Origin: an uncultured virus (IMG/VR IMGVR_UViG_3300011815_000001)
Lineage: Duplodnaviria > Heunggongvirae > Uroviricota > Caudoviricetes
Length of the DNA stretch: 64,000 bases
Strand: one strand, 5' to 3'
IMG/VR virus record: IMGVR_UViG_3300011815_000001
Shown piece by piece: positions 1-10,007 of the stretch. A model generated the notes under the pieces. That model ran no database searches. It was not told the origin of the DNA and saw only the letters and a program-made list of their open reading frames with translations. The translations under genes and the position numbers were made by a program. Within the stretch, counting starts at the first letter, position 1, and each line of letters opens with the position of its first letter.

Positions 1-1
1 G

Positions 2-442
2 TCAAGCACAGGAGCTTTTGATAAGAAATTAATTATAGAAGACACATATGATGAATATTTGAAGTATTTCATTGAGTTCTATAACAAGCTACTATCAACA
101 CGAGAAGAGTTTGGATATTTAAACAAAGAACAAAAAGATGAATCTAAACAAAATAGTATGGTTTTAGAAGAATTATCATGGTGGGGCTATGCTTACTTAG
201 CCAAAGAATTAATGAATGATCGTAAATGGGCGCATAACTTACACACTAAAATGAATAAGTTTATTTCTATTGAAGGTGGTAAGTCATTACACTACTTAGA
301 TAAAAAGTTACCAATTTGGCACGCAACAGTGATTAAACCTAAGTATAATTTCATTACTAATACTCAAGAAGTCGGTTCAAGTGTAACAAACAGTAATTCA
401 ACAAGAAATTCACTTAAAAAGATTTTTGCTGTGACACTATAA
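2..442 (+). CDS. Hypothetical phage protein, 5'-partial (possibly DndB/DGQHR-like C-terminus)
   Basis: The frame of ORF 59..442 is open back to position 2, so the gene starts upstream of the window. The family guess is weak. Confidence 0.5.
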   Translation, partial: SSTGAFDKKLIIEDTYDEYLKYFIEFYNKLLSTREEFGYLNKEQKDESKQNSMVLEELSWWGYAYLAKELMNDRKWAHNLHTKMNKFISIEGGKSLHYLDKKLPIWHATVIKPKYNFITNTQEVGSSVTNSNSTRNSLKKIFAVTL

Positions 443-501
443 GGATTAACTCATATGAGTTAATACAAATAATATTACATAATAAAAGGGGAGTAATAAT
501 T

Positions 502-1074
502 ATGGAGAAATTTAAAATTATTAACAAGTGTACAGGTATTGTTTTTAAAATAGGGGAGCGCACACTATTAAAGGGAGATTATTTATCTAAAGTCACAGAT
601 ATTCTTTTGGATGTTGGATCAACTACTACATATTTAACAATGACATTCAGCAATAAAGAGAAGCATTGGATTAGTACAGTGGTATTAGAGAATTGGTCAC
701 TTAAGGAATTAGTGGAACTAACGTCCGAATTAGTTAAGTTGAGTTCTTGTGAAAGATTAATAATCGATAGCAATGGGATGGGAAGAGGTGTTATTGATGG
801 ATTGACACCAATTTTAGAACAAATAAACAAATCATATCTACTGGTAACTTCAACACAAAAGAGACAAACAGATGAAGTGCTACCTCATAGTATTTATTCC
901 TATTTAAATAAAGCGATAATTGAGAACGAAAAATCTCTAAAGGAATACATTGTGGACAAAGATTTTGATAATAAAATCTATAAGGAGTGTGTTGCAGTTT
1001 CTATTATACTACATGAAGCCAAGCTTAAACTTTTAAAACGTGACTACGGATTTGTTGGTGAAAGTTACGAATAA
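502..1074 (+). CDS. Hypothetical protein with terminase-type RNase H-like motif
   Basis: RBS AAGGGGAG. Motifs LLDVG and LIIDSNGMGRGVIDGL resemble the large-terminase nuclease domain; no ATPase domain. Confidence 0.5.
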   Translation: MEKFKIINKCTGIVFKIGERTLLKGDYLSKVTDILLDVGSTTTYLTMTFSNKEKHWISTVVLENWSLKELVELTSELVKLSSCERLIIDSNGMGRGVIDGLTPILEQINKSYLLVTSTQKRQTDEVLPHSIYSYLNKAIIENEKSLKEYIVDKDFDNKIYKECVAVSIILHEAKLKLLKRDYGFVGESYE

Positions 1075-1145
1075 AGTAAACTATTTAAGTGATATATGCT
1101 CATAAGAGTTTATATAAACAATACAAAAAAGGGAGATATATTATT

Positions 1146-1607
1146 ATGACTATTAAAATTAGAAGTTTGTATTTACAGAAAGATAAAATTACCTCAACTA
1201 CACATACTCAGTTTGAAAGTATTAACAATGTTGTGAAGTTAGATGGTGAATTAAAGGTTAATATGTCAGAAGGCATTGTTAAAGGAGATGGAGAAGTTCA
1301 CGTAACAAAGATTTCTAAAAAACTACAAGATAAGCTATATAGTGTTTTAAGTGAAATTGAAGACGAGCTAAATGGCACAAAAGAGATGTTTACGAGTGCA
1401 GGAGAAGATACTGGGCGACCAGAAGTTAAAGAAAAAGAAGTTGAAAAAGATGAAAAAGATGAGCTTGAACAATTTGAAAATATGCTTGGAAACATTGTTA
1501 AAACCTTTGGTTCAACTATCAATGTAGGTGTCAAAACTAAGTTAACCTCACAGGAAATCTCAGGTATTCTAAAAGAATTAAAAACTAAAGGATTTAATCT
1601 TTTATAA
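1146..1607 (+). CDS. Hypothetical protein
   Basis: RBS AAGGGAG precedes ATG 1146 within ORF 1089..1607. Confidence 0.65.
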   Translation: MTIKIRSLYLQKDKITSTTHTQFESINNVVKLDGELKVNMSEGIVKGDGEVHVTKISKKLQDKLYSVLSEIEDELNGTKEMFTSAGEDTGRPEVKEKEVEKDEKDELEQFENMLGNIVKTFGSTINVGVKTKLTSQEISGILKELKTKGFNLL

Positions 1608-1626
1608 GAATAATACATAAATATAA

Positions 1627-1684
1627 CATCTATATATAGTGTTTAATTCTGTATTTTAGATAATAACAACACTATATATAGATT
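1627..1684. promoter_or_regulatory. Tandem NrdR-box pair
   Basis: CATCTATATATAGTGT (1627-1642) and ACACTATATATAGATT (1669-1684) match consensus ACACWATATATWGTGT at 13/16 and 14/16; starts are 42 bp apart. Confidence 0.65.
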
Positions 1685-1688
1685 GAAA

Positions 1689-1716
1689 TTCCAATAAAAC
1701 ATTCGTTTGAATGGGA
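1689..1716. repeat. 11-6-11 imperfect palindrome, copy 1
   Basis: TTCCAATAAAA-CATTCG-TTTGAATGGGA; related copies at 23048, 40402 and 43095. Confidence 0.7.
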
Positions 1717-1747
1717 AATAAATATACACATAAAAGGAGAATGAAAA

Positions 1748-2020
1748 ATGACAAAACTTAAAGAACAAGTACTAGAGGTATTCAATAGAACAGATGCAGA
1801 TTCAGTACCGTATTACTCAACTATTGGAAAAAATACGATCTCAGAATTAAACTCAACGATTACTGAATTGTTACCGTTAGGTATCATTCCTCAAATTATA
1901 GAAGTGAGCAATGAAACGTTGGAGTTAAAGTTTGTAAAAGTAGATGGAGAGTTGTCTGTTCTAGTAGAAGACATCGAAAACAAAATGAATAATTTACGTG
2001 AAGTGATGGAGGGTAATTAA
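1748..2020 (+). CDS. Hypothetical protein
   Basis: RBS AAAGGAG; coupled to the next gene by TAATG. Confidence 0.7.
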   Translation: MTKLKEQVLEVFNRTDADSVPYYSTIGKNTISELNSTITELLPLGIIPQIIEVSNETLELKFVKVDGELSVLVEDIENKMNNLREVMEGN

Positions 2021-2385
2021 TGTCAGAACAACTAGAAGAAAAGATTCATCAGATCAGTAATACATATGCATTAGGCACAGATAATTACAACATCATTCTT
2101 TACGAACAGTATGAAAAGATGGATGGTAAAGGGAAAAATGCAAATCCAACAGGCGAAATGGGCTGGCGACATGCAAAGAATGGAGCTTACTTTGGTAGCA
2201 TTAGCAACTTAGCTCGAAGTCTACGCATTAAAGCTGAATTAGAAGCTGTTGGTGAAGTCGGATTAGACTTTGATAAATTCGCTACATATTTAGATAAATG
2301 GCAGGATGATGTATTTAACCATTTAAATGAACATATCACCTTAGAATTAGCTAAAGTAAAAGGTAAATCTGAGGAGGAGAAATAA
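2020..2385 (+). CDS. Hypothetical phage protein
   Basis: RBS GGAGG; TAATG overlaps on both sides. Confidence 0.7.
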   Translation: MSEQLEEKIHQISNTYALGTDNYNIILYEQYEKMDGKGKNANPTGEMGWRHAKNGAYFGSISNLARSLRIKAELEAVGEVGLDFDKFATYLDKWQDDVFNHLNEHITLELAKVKGKSEEEK

Positions 2386-2654
2386 TGAAAAAGTTATTAT
2401 TGGCAGTCATTTTAAGCGTAATGACATTATCTTTAGTTGCTTGCGATCAATACGCATCACGTAAATTAGGTGGAGATTATACACATGAGCTACCTAAAGG
2501 TGAGAAGCTGGTTAATGTAACATGGAAAGAAGATACACTATGGTATTAAACTAGACCAATGACAGAAGAAGATGTTGTGGAAACTTATACTTTCCAAGCT
2601 GATTCAGTATTTGGTATCTTTGAAGGTACAGTTACAGTCGTAGAAAATAAGTAA
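2385..2654 (+). pseudogene. Phage lipoprotein with internal TAA at 2547-2549
   Basis: Manual translation MKKLLLAVILSVMTLSLVAC...WKEDTLWY*TRPMTEED...ENK*. Lipobox LVAC, RBS GAGGAGG, and the frame continues for 34 codons after the stop. Confidence 0.7.
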
Positions 2655-2814
2655 AAAAAGTTACTTTAAAAAGCTTTACAAAATAATAGACAGATGCTAA
2701 CATGAGTATTGTAATAAATTAATATTGTATAAAATAATAATTTAAGGAGGTGAGTAAGGGTGGAGAGATTACAGAATAGGCTACTACATTTAACATGGAA
2801 AGTAGCGTGGCAGA

Positions 2815-3240
2815 TTGAGTAAGTACATAAACAAATTAGAATTCACGATTGATGGGAAGGTTCAGCCTCAACAGAGACCTCGATTTAGTAGACAAGGTGG
2901 TTTCGTTAAAACATACGATCCTCCTGAATCAACTAAGTATAAGAAGTACGTAGCAGAGGTTGCTGAACAATATAAACTAGATGAGTTAATTGATTCACCA
3001 ATTAAATTGACGATTGATGTTTATATCGAAATTCCAAAAAGCTATACCAAGAAAAAACGACAACAGATTGAATCTGGTGAGATAGTACATATTAAGAAAC
3101 CCGATGTAGATAATTTAGCTAAAGGAATTAAAGACGGTATTACTGGGGTTTTATGGACAGATGATAGCTTGATAGTGGAGCTAGTTGTTCGTAAACATTA
3201 TGGGGAAATTCCTAGAGCTGACATTATCATTGAGTGGTAA
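2815..3240 (+). CDS. rusA: RusA-family Holliday junction resolvase
   Basis: RPRF motif, KPDVDNLAK and WTDDSLIV. Confidence 0.9.
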   Translation: MSKYINKLEFTIDGKVQPQQRPRFSRQGGFVKTYDPPESTKYKKYVAEVAEQYKLDELIDSPIKLTIDVYIEIPKSYTKKKRQQIESGEIVHIKKPDVDNLAKGIKDGITGVLWTDDSLIVELVVRKHYGEIPRADIIIEW

Positions 3241-3307
3241 GTAAGTATATATTAAATGATTATAAAATAATACAAAATAAAACGTTAATTAAAAAGGAGA
3301 CTACTAA

Positions 3308-4564
3308 ATGGCACGATTATACAACCAATTCGAATTTACAGGTGAATTAGCTTTTCCGAAAGAACCAACTACAATTAATGAGATGGGTACTTCAGGTTGG
3401 AAGAAAAAACAACAATCACTAATTATTAAAGAAAGTAATTCAAATTCAGCATTCGTTAAAATGGAAGCAATTTTCCATCCGAATAAAGAGAGTCAAGTTC
3501 ATACAACTCAAAAAGGTTTGTTTGGAGAAGATTCAGCTAGTGTAAAAATTGATTGGGATGATCGTTTAGAAACATCTGTCGTGGATAGTGTATCTGATTT
3601 CCGAAAAATTGTTATTGATTTAACTCCACCAGATGTTGATAAAAACGAATACTTCAATAATCGTCGTGAAATTTATAACTTGGAAACTAAAGAAAATGCA
3701 ACAGCAGAAGATAAATCTAAACTTGCTGACTTATACGACAAAGCCCGTGAATTGTTACCTGAACGAAAAGAGTTCTTACATAAATTCGATGCAATTGATT
3801 ACTTGTCTGATAAACTGGAAGATTTAAAAGGTAAGAAATTCCGTGTCAAAGGGAATATTGTAAAGTCCTATTACAACGGTAAATTCTACACTAACTATGA
3901 GCCACAAACAATCGAATTAGTATCGGATGAATACACAAACTCATTATCATTACAATTAGATTTATTCTACAAGAAAGATGCAGTGGATGATAAATCATTT
4001 AAGAAAAACGGAATGTTATATTTTGATACATATATCATTGCTTATGATAACCAACATAAAAAAGATGTGTTCTTCCCACAAAAAACTGTGTTCAACGGTT
4101 CGAAGTTAGATATGGAGAATGAACGTCATATGGCTTTAGTAAAATTCTTTAAAGATACTTTTACAGTAACAAAATCAAAAGAAGTTAATCACATTGCTGT
4201 AGAAGCTAAGGTTGTTAATGGTGCTGAAGAAGTTGAGTTTAATGAATCTCATCTAACTGCTCAACAAAAAGAAATGATTTCATTGGGATTAGCTGAATTA
4301 AAAGATTTCAAACCTCGTGGGACGGTGTTAGGTGAAAATCTTGATGAAATTCGAATCCTCAAACCTTTATTAAAAGAATTCAATAATACAAATAACTTTA
4401 AATTAGGCGCAGTAGTTTCTACATTCACACCAGAACAACTAATGTATGTTCCATTAGATTCACAAAAACCTAAAGAAGAAAAAGCACCTGTACAACCTGA
4501 ATCAACTACAACAGCAGATATTGGTGATGTCTTCCAAGATGATGATTTATTAGGTTTACTGTAA
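3308..4564 (+). CDS. Putative ssDNA-binding replication protein (SPbeta YorF-like position)
   Basis: N-terminal FEFTGEL, acidic C-terminal tail DDDLLGLL, and position before a Sak4-like ATPase. Confidence 0.55.
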   Translation: MARLYNQFEFTGELAFPKEPTTINEMGTSGWKKKQQSLIIKESNSNSAFVKMEAIFHPNKESQVHTTQKGLFGEDSASVKIDWDDRLETSVVDSVSDFRKIVIDLTPPDVDKNEYFNNRREIYNLETKENATAEDKSKLADLYDKARELLPERKEFLHKFDAIDYLSDKLEDLKGKKFRVKGNIVKSYYNGKFYTNYEPQTIELVSDEYTNSLSLQLDLFYKKDAVDDKSFKKNGMLYFDTYIIAYDNQHKKDVFFPQKTVFNGSKLDMENERHMALVKFFKDTFTVTKSKEVNHIAVEAKVVNGAEEVEFNESHLTAQQKEMISLGLAELKDFKPRGTVLGENLDEIRILKPLLKEFNNTNNFKLGAVVSTFTPEQLMYVPLDSQKPKEEKAPVQPESTTTADIGDVFQDDDLLGLL

Positions 4565-4573
4565 TTAAATAAA

Positions 4574-4595
4574 AGGGGTGATTAATTTCACCCCC
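4574..4595 (+). terminator. Stem-loop
   Basis: GGGGTGA-ttaatt-TCACCCC after the stop codon. Confidence 0.5.
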
Positions 4596-4641
4596 TAAAT
4601 AATTAATACAAAATAAAACAATTGATAGGAGAAATTAAATA

Positions 4642-5751
4642 ATGGCTAAATTCGGTAAAAAGAACAAGATCAAAGTAACTCCAGAAGCGTATAACGTAGG
4701 TATTATCGGAGAAAGTGGAGTTGGTAAAACTACTTTAATGAAAGAAACACTTGAACAATTAGTTGGTGAAGATGGTTACATGATTTTAAATATCGGACGT
4801 GAAGATGGTGTAGATGCCTTACCAGACGCTTCATACGAAGATATTCCTGACTTTGAAACATTGGAATCGTTTGTGGAAGATGTAGTTGAAAATCGTGAAG
4901 ACTATGCTGATTTAAAAGTTGTAGTAGTAGATACTCTTGATGAATTATATCGAATCACTGAACCAGAAGTAGTTCGTTTACATAATATTTCAAATCCACC
5001 CGATAAACAAGTTACTTCAATCAAAGCGGCTTTTGGTGGTTTCCAAGCAGGGGAAGAGAAAGCAATTGAATTAATTATCGAAACACTATGGATGTTAAAT
5101 GACGTTGGAGTAAAAGTGTGGTTTGTAGGACATACGAAGCGTAAAACTGTAAGTGACGTAGCTACAGGAGATGAGTACGATACTCTAACTTCAAATCTAC
5201 CTGTTAAATATTTCAATGCAATTAAAACTAAATTACACTTCTTGGGCGTTGCTTCTGTTGACCGCTCAATTGAAAAAATGAAAGTAAAACAAAAAATTGG
5301 TAAAGATAAAGAGGTCGGTAAAGTTGTTGGTGAAAACCGTATCATTACTTTCCGTGATAACAACTTTAACATTGACTCTAAATCTCGTTTTTCTGAAATC
5401 ACACCACAAATTGAATTATCACCAGATCAGTTTATTGAAGCACTAAAAGACGCTATTCAAAAAGCTCATGATAAGCAAAAGAATAAAAAATCACTTGCTG
5501 AAACTAAGGTTGAGCAAGAAGTTGAACGTGAAGAGAAAATTAAAGAAAACTTAGAAGAAATTGCAGATTCAGTTGTTAATGTAGAAGAAAATGAAGAATT
5601 ATTAGCTCAATTCATTCCTAAATTCAAAGAAGCTAATGATGAAGTGAAATTAGAAGCTAAAGAATTTTTAACTTCACATAACATCTCAATTAAAGACGTG
5701 TCTAATGTACCTACAAAGTTACTTAAAGACGCTCTTGCAATTGTAGCTTAA
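4642..5751 (+). CDS. AAA_24 / Sak4-like P-loop ATPase (YorG-like)
   Basis: Walker A GESGVGKT, Walker B VVVVDT and a GH motif. Confidence 0.8.
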   Translation: MAKFGKKNKIKVTPEAYNVGIIGESGVGKTTLMKETLEQLVGEDGYMILNIGREDGVDALPDASYEDIPDFETLESFVEDVVENREDYADLKVVVVDTLDELYRITEPEVVRLHNISNPPDKQVTSIKAAFGGFQAGEEKAIELIIETLWMLNDVGVKVWFVGHTKRKTVSDVATGDEYDTLTSNLPVKYFNAIKTKLHFLGVASVDRSIEKMKVKQKIGKDKEVGKVVGENRIITFRDNNFNIDSKSRFSEITPQIELSPDQFIEALKDAIQKAHDKQKNKKSLAETKVEQEVEREEKIKENLEEIADSVVNVEENEELLAQFIPKFKEANDEVKLEAKEFLTSHNISIKDVSNVPTKLLKDALAIVA

Positions 5752-5811
5752 TACATATTCATAAGGAGGAATTTAACGTTCCTCCTTTTAATCATATAAG
5801 GCGGTGATTTA

Positions 5812-6402
5812 ATGGCAAAATTTAAGTGTAAGTGTTGTGGAGAAATTATTGATGGCAAATTAGCATTTAAGATTCCCCCTACGGAAACTCGCAAAGTATC
5901 GATGTATTTTTGTAATGAAAAAGAGTACTTTGATTTTGAATCTAATGTTAAACAAAAAGAAGAGTCAAAACGACTGGAGCAAATTGAAAAAGACAAGTTT
6001 AATGAGTTAGATATTTATATAGCAGTGGAGATTTTAGGTAATGAAATGGGTCAAATAGTTCCCCCACTTTTAAAACGAAGAGTTAAAGAATTACGTAAAA
6101 CTTATGAGTATGAAGTAATTAAATTATGTTTCGAATTTATCAAAAAAGACTTAGATTACTTCTTAAACAATAATGAATTCAAAGATGAGCAACATAAAAT
6201 TAATTACATAATGGTAGTGGTAAACAGTACGATTAATGATACTTATAAGATTTGGAAACGTAAAAAAGAAATGGAACGAGTATCTAATAACATATCTGAA
6301 TCGTTACAGGTAGATGTAAATGAAATTGAACAAATTTCATCGAGAAAATCAACAATACAAAATAATGATATTTCATCATTCTTAAGTGAGGAGGATTTAT
6401 GA
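5812..6402 (+). CDS. Zn-finger replication protein, putative helicase loader (YorH-like)
   Basis: N-terminal CKCC...YFC; overlaps the helicase start. Confidence 0.55.
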   Translation: MAKFKCKCCGEIIDGKLAFKIPPTETRKVSMYFCNEKEYFDFESNVKQKEESKRLEQIEKDKFNELDIYIAVEILGNEMGQIVPPLLKRRVKELRKTYEYEVIKLCFEFIKKDLDYFLNNNEFKDEQHKINYIMVVVNSTINDTYKIWKRKKEMERVSNNISESLQVDVNEIEQISSRKSTIQNNDISSFLSEEDL

Positions 6403-7862
6403 AACAAATAACTGATTATCCAGCTAGTTTAGTAGCGAAAAGAGAGTTAATTGAAGGTAGTTTTGTATTTAGTTTATGGAAGAACCCTGAGTTGTATGGA
6501 GATTACATGAATGATATAAGAGCACAAGATGATTTCATTACTCCTGATGGTATGTTTTATTACACTATAGGCTTACAGATGTATAAAAAGAATTACCGAT
6601 CATTCGACGAAGCTTCATTATTAACATTTTTGTCGTCAAATGATACCTTATTAGACGGCTTTAATAACCGAGGTGGAATGAATCCCATTAATGAAATAAA
6701 AGCAATAATCAATCATTCTAATGTAGAGGGGTATTTCGACGAATTAATCAAAAATAACGCAATTCTACAATTACACGATGAAGGTTATGAAGTAACTAAA
6801 CTCTTCGATACCTTTGAAAAAATGAGTTATGAGCAGTTGGAAGATTTCATGGAATTCAAACTAAATAATGTGTTCTTAAAATCAGTATCATCAGGTATGA
6901 CAATTTCTGATTTATCATCTGCATACGATTCTTGGATAGAGAAATGGGACAGTGGAGATGGTATTGGATATAAAGTAGGTTTCCCATTACTTCATTATCA
7001 CCTAGCAGGTATTCATAAAAAGAACTTGATTCTTCATTTAGGAGGAATTGGACAAGGTAAAACAACAAGTGCGTTGTTAATTTATGTATTACCTGTATTA
7101 GAAGAAGGTGAGAAAATTTGTATCATCGCCAATGAACAAGATGAAGAACAATTCCGTCAAATGATTTTATCAACTGTTCTATTCAATAGAATTAATTATC
7201 GTAAATTTAATCGACAAAAGCTATTGTTTGGTGGATTCACTGATGATGATAAAGATCATCTAAGAAAAGCGGCTAAATGGTTAGAGCAATTTAAAAACAA
7301 ACTACATTACGTACATTTAACTGATTACGGTACTTCTAACGTAAAAAGAATTATTAAGAAATATTCCAAGCTAGGAGTTGGTATCTTCCTATTTGACACA
7401 TTAAAACCAACAGACGAATCTTCTGATAAAGCTTGGGCAGAGTTCTCTGAAACAGCAAAAATGTTATTCCAATTGGCACAAAAAGAAGATATTGCAATTG
7501 TTGCCACTGCACAATTATCATCAGAGTCTTCAAAACGTAAGTATCTTGATTTATCATGTATTGGTAAATCTCGTGCGATTGCAGAAACAGCAGGTCAAGT
7601 TATAATGTTCAGACCTATGAGACAGGCTGAAAAGAAATCATTGGAAGTTTACACTTTCTCTAAGGATTTAAAAGGGAACAAAACGTCAGTAAAAACAATA
7701 CATAAACTAGATGAAGATAAAGATTATATCATTGTATTTATCCCTAAAAACCGTTATGGACAAGCAGATATACAAATAGTGTACGAACGAAATCAATCAT
7801 TTAACTCATTAAAGGAAATTGGTTACTGTAATGTGGAATTTGATGGTTTCGATAAAAAGTAG
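6399..7862 (+). CDS. DnaB-like replicative helicase
   Basis: Walker A GGIGQGKTT, NEQ, FDTLK, ATAQL and KNRYG motifs. Confidence 0.88.
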   Translation: MKQITDYPASLVAKRELIEGSFVFSLWKNPELYGDYMNDIRAQDDFITPDGMFYYTIGLQMYKKNYRSFDEASLLTFLSSNDTLLDGFNNRGGMNPINEIKAIINHSNVEGYFDELIKNNAILQLHDEGYEVTKLFDTFEKMSYEQLEDFMEFKLNNVFLKSVSSGMTISDLSSAYDSWIEKWDSGDGIGYKVGFPLLHYHLAGIHKKNLILHLGGIGQGKTTSALLIYVLPVLEEGEKICIIANEQDEEQFRQMILSTVLFNRINYRKFNRQKLLFGGFTDDDKDHLRKAAKWLEQFKNKLHYVHLTDYGTSNVKRIIKKYSKLGVGIFLFDTLKPTDESSDKAWAEFSETAKMLFQLAQKEDIAIVATAQLSSESSKRKYLDLSCIGKSRAIAETAGQVIMFRPMRQAEKKSLEVYTFSKDLKGNKTSVKTIHKLDEDKDYIIVFIPKNRYGQADIQIVYERNQSFNSLKEIGYCNVEFDGFDKK

Positions 7863-7879
7863 GTGATTGAGGTGAACGT

Positions 7880-8899
7880 ATGGATGTTCATAGCTTGAAA
7901 GAATACATTAAATCAAATACCAATTTTATTGAGTTAATTTTAGAAAAAACAGGTTTTTATGACATATCAGGTGACTTTGGGGATGGTTCTGAGTATAGAT
8001 GTGCATGGGAAGATGGTGGGAATCCGACTGGAGTACGTGTGAGTAAAGATACTTTATCAGCCAATTATTTTAAAAAAGGAATAAAAGGTGATTTGTTTAC
8101 ATTAATACAAGATAAATTGAACCTTTCCTTTCCTAAGGCGGTAAAATTAGTTTCCGATATCATAGAATATATTGAAATTCCTACATACAACTATGAATTA
8201 CCGTTCGGTGGATTTTACAAAAAAATACAAAAGTTTAAAGATGACGGTAATCTTGATCTAACTACTTACGACGATGATTTGCTGGAACAATTTGAAAAAG
8301 TACCAAATCTGATGTTTTATCAAGATGGGATAAATTTAGATGTTCAAAGAGAATTTGAAATTGGTTATGATTCCGTAACAAAGAGAATCAGTGTTCCTTG
8401 GAGGTCAACAAGTGGAGACTTAGTAGGTATCATGGGGAGAAAGAATGTACGAGAAACAGATGATAATAAATGGATGCCTATTTTAGCTTTTCCTAAAAGT
8501 AAAGTTATATATGGATTCAGCGAAAATTATAAACAAATTCAAGAAAAAGGAACTTGTTTTATCTTTGAGAGTGAGAAAGGAACTTTAGGATTAAAGTCTA
8601 TGGGAATACCCTTAGGTTTATCATTAGGTGGGAGTTCTTTGAGTAAAGAGCAATCGAACAATATAAAATCATTATTCTGCAACAAAATAATAATCGGTTT
8701 AGATGAGGGACTAGATAAAGAAACTTCAATTGATATGGCAGAAAAACTCAAGATGAATCGATTTTTTAAAAACGAGGTTTATTATATTTATGATGAACAT
8801 AATTTATGGATTCCAAAAAACAGTAAAATGTCACCAACAGATTTGCCAAAGTCTGATTTTAAAAGCTTATTAAAACACTGTTTGGTCAAAGTTGAATAG
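7880..8899 (+). CDS. DNA primase (TOPRIM, YorJ-like)
   Basis: GIMGR, IFESEK and IIGLDEG motifs; follows the helicase. Confidence 0.82.
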   Translation: MDVHSLKEYIKSNTNFIELILEKTGFYDISGDFGDGSEYRCAWEDGGNPTGVRVSKDTLSANYFKKGIKGDLFTLIQDKLNLSFPKAVKLVSDIIEYIEIPTYNYELPFGGFYKKIQKFKDDGNLDLTTYDDDLLEQFEKVPNLMFYQDGINLDVQREFEIGYDSVTKRISVPWRSTSGDLVGIMGRKNVRETDDNKWMPILAFPKSKVIYGFSENYKQIQEKGTCFIFESEKGTLGLKSMGIPLGLSLGGSSLSKEQSNNIKSLFCNKIIIGLDEGLDKETSIDMAEKLKMNRFFKNEVYYIYDEHNLWIPKNSKMSPTDLPKSDFKSLLKHCLVKVE

Positions 8900-8912
8900 G
8901 GAGGAATTATTT

Positions 8913-9983
8913 ATGAATGCTGAAGATAGAGTGAAACAGTTACGAGCCGATGGTCATATAGTGTGGTCTCATTCACGCTTGGGGAGTTTTAACAACTGCG
9001 AATACGAATATTACAATACATATGTATTAAAAAATAGAGGAAATGGTAACTGTTATACAGAAGCAGGTACATTTACACATGATTATATAGAAGGTATTTA
9101 TAGAGGTGAAAAACAAAAGTTAGAGTTTTCTAAGAAGTTTAATGAACAAATGATTGAAAATGAATTTTTAGGTATCGAATTCCCTAGTGAGCAAATTAGA
9201 GATAACTTTATTGCTGATATGAAGCATTATACAGAAAACTTTTCTTTATTAGAGGGAAATCATTTACTTGAAAAATTAATTGTATTTGATATTGATGGTC
9301 ATTACATTCAAGGTTATATTGATATGATTCAAGTTGTTGAAAATTCAAATGGCGAAAAGGATATTAATGTAGTGGATTGGAAGACCTCATCTAAGTTTAG
9401 TGGTAAAGCTAAATTACAAGAGGCTGGTAGACAATTACTAATGTATAAAGTTGGATTGGAATCTACTTCAAAAATTAATATAAATACCGTTAGTTGGTGT
9501 ATGTTGAAATATTTATACGTTTGTCATGTACAGAAGAACGGTAAAATTAAAAAGAAAATGTGTTCACGTCGTAAATGGGTTAAAGATATCAGCGAAGCAT
9601 TGAAGAAGGAAATGATTCTTAATGGTGAAGATGATTTGATTACCTCAATTGAAATTGATGAAGCTATTAAGAACAATAACTTAAACAATTTACCTGAATA
9701 CATAAAAGATAAATATTGGACTGAAGATTGTTATGTGGAATACGAAGTGACAGAAGATCGTATTCAAGAGTTAAAGGATTACGTAAACAACACTATTAGA
9801 CTTATTGAGTCTAAAAATCCAAATGACGAGAATGATTGGAAACCTGCTGATTTCGAAAAAGATTCATTCTATTGTAATCACCTGTGCAATCATAGGACTA
9901 CCTGTAAGTTTCTAAAGGAATATAAAAAAGGTTTAAACCTAACAAAGAAAAAAGCAACATTGGATGATATTTTTAATAGTTAA
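8913..9983 (+). CDS. Cas4/AddB-like PD-(D/E)XK exonuclease
   Basis: SHSRL...C, GYID, DWKT, QLLMY and C-terminal CxxxCxxxxxC; RBS GGGAGG precedes ATG 8913. Confidence 0.8.
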   Translation: MNAEDRVKQLRADGHIVWSHSRLGSFNNCEYEYYNTYVLKNRGNGNCYTEAGTFTHDYIEGIYRGEKQKLEFSKKFNEQMIENEFLGIEFPSEQIRDNFIADMKHYTENFSLLEGNHLLEKLIVFDIDGHYIQGYIDMIQVVENSNGEKDINVVDWKTSSKFSGKAKLQEAGRQLLMYKVGLESTSKININTVSWCMLKYLYVCHVQKNGKIKKKMCSRRKWVKDISEALKKEMILNGEDDLITSIEIDEAIKNNNLNNLPEYIKDKYWTEDCYVEYEVTEDRIQELKDYVNNTIRLIESKNPNDENDWKPADFEKDSFYCNHLCNHRTTCKFLKEYKKGLNLTKKKATLDDIFNS

Positions 9984-10007
9984 TATTGTATAATTGGGAG
10001 GATTTAA

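Noticed and set aside
8913..9983. Cas4-like gene as part of a CRISPR-Cas system
   Set aside because: No array or other cas genes seen in the window; solo Cas4-like nucleases are common in phage replication modules.
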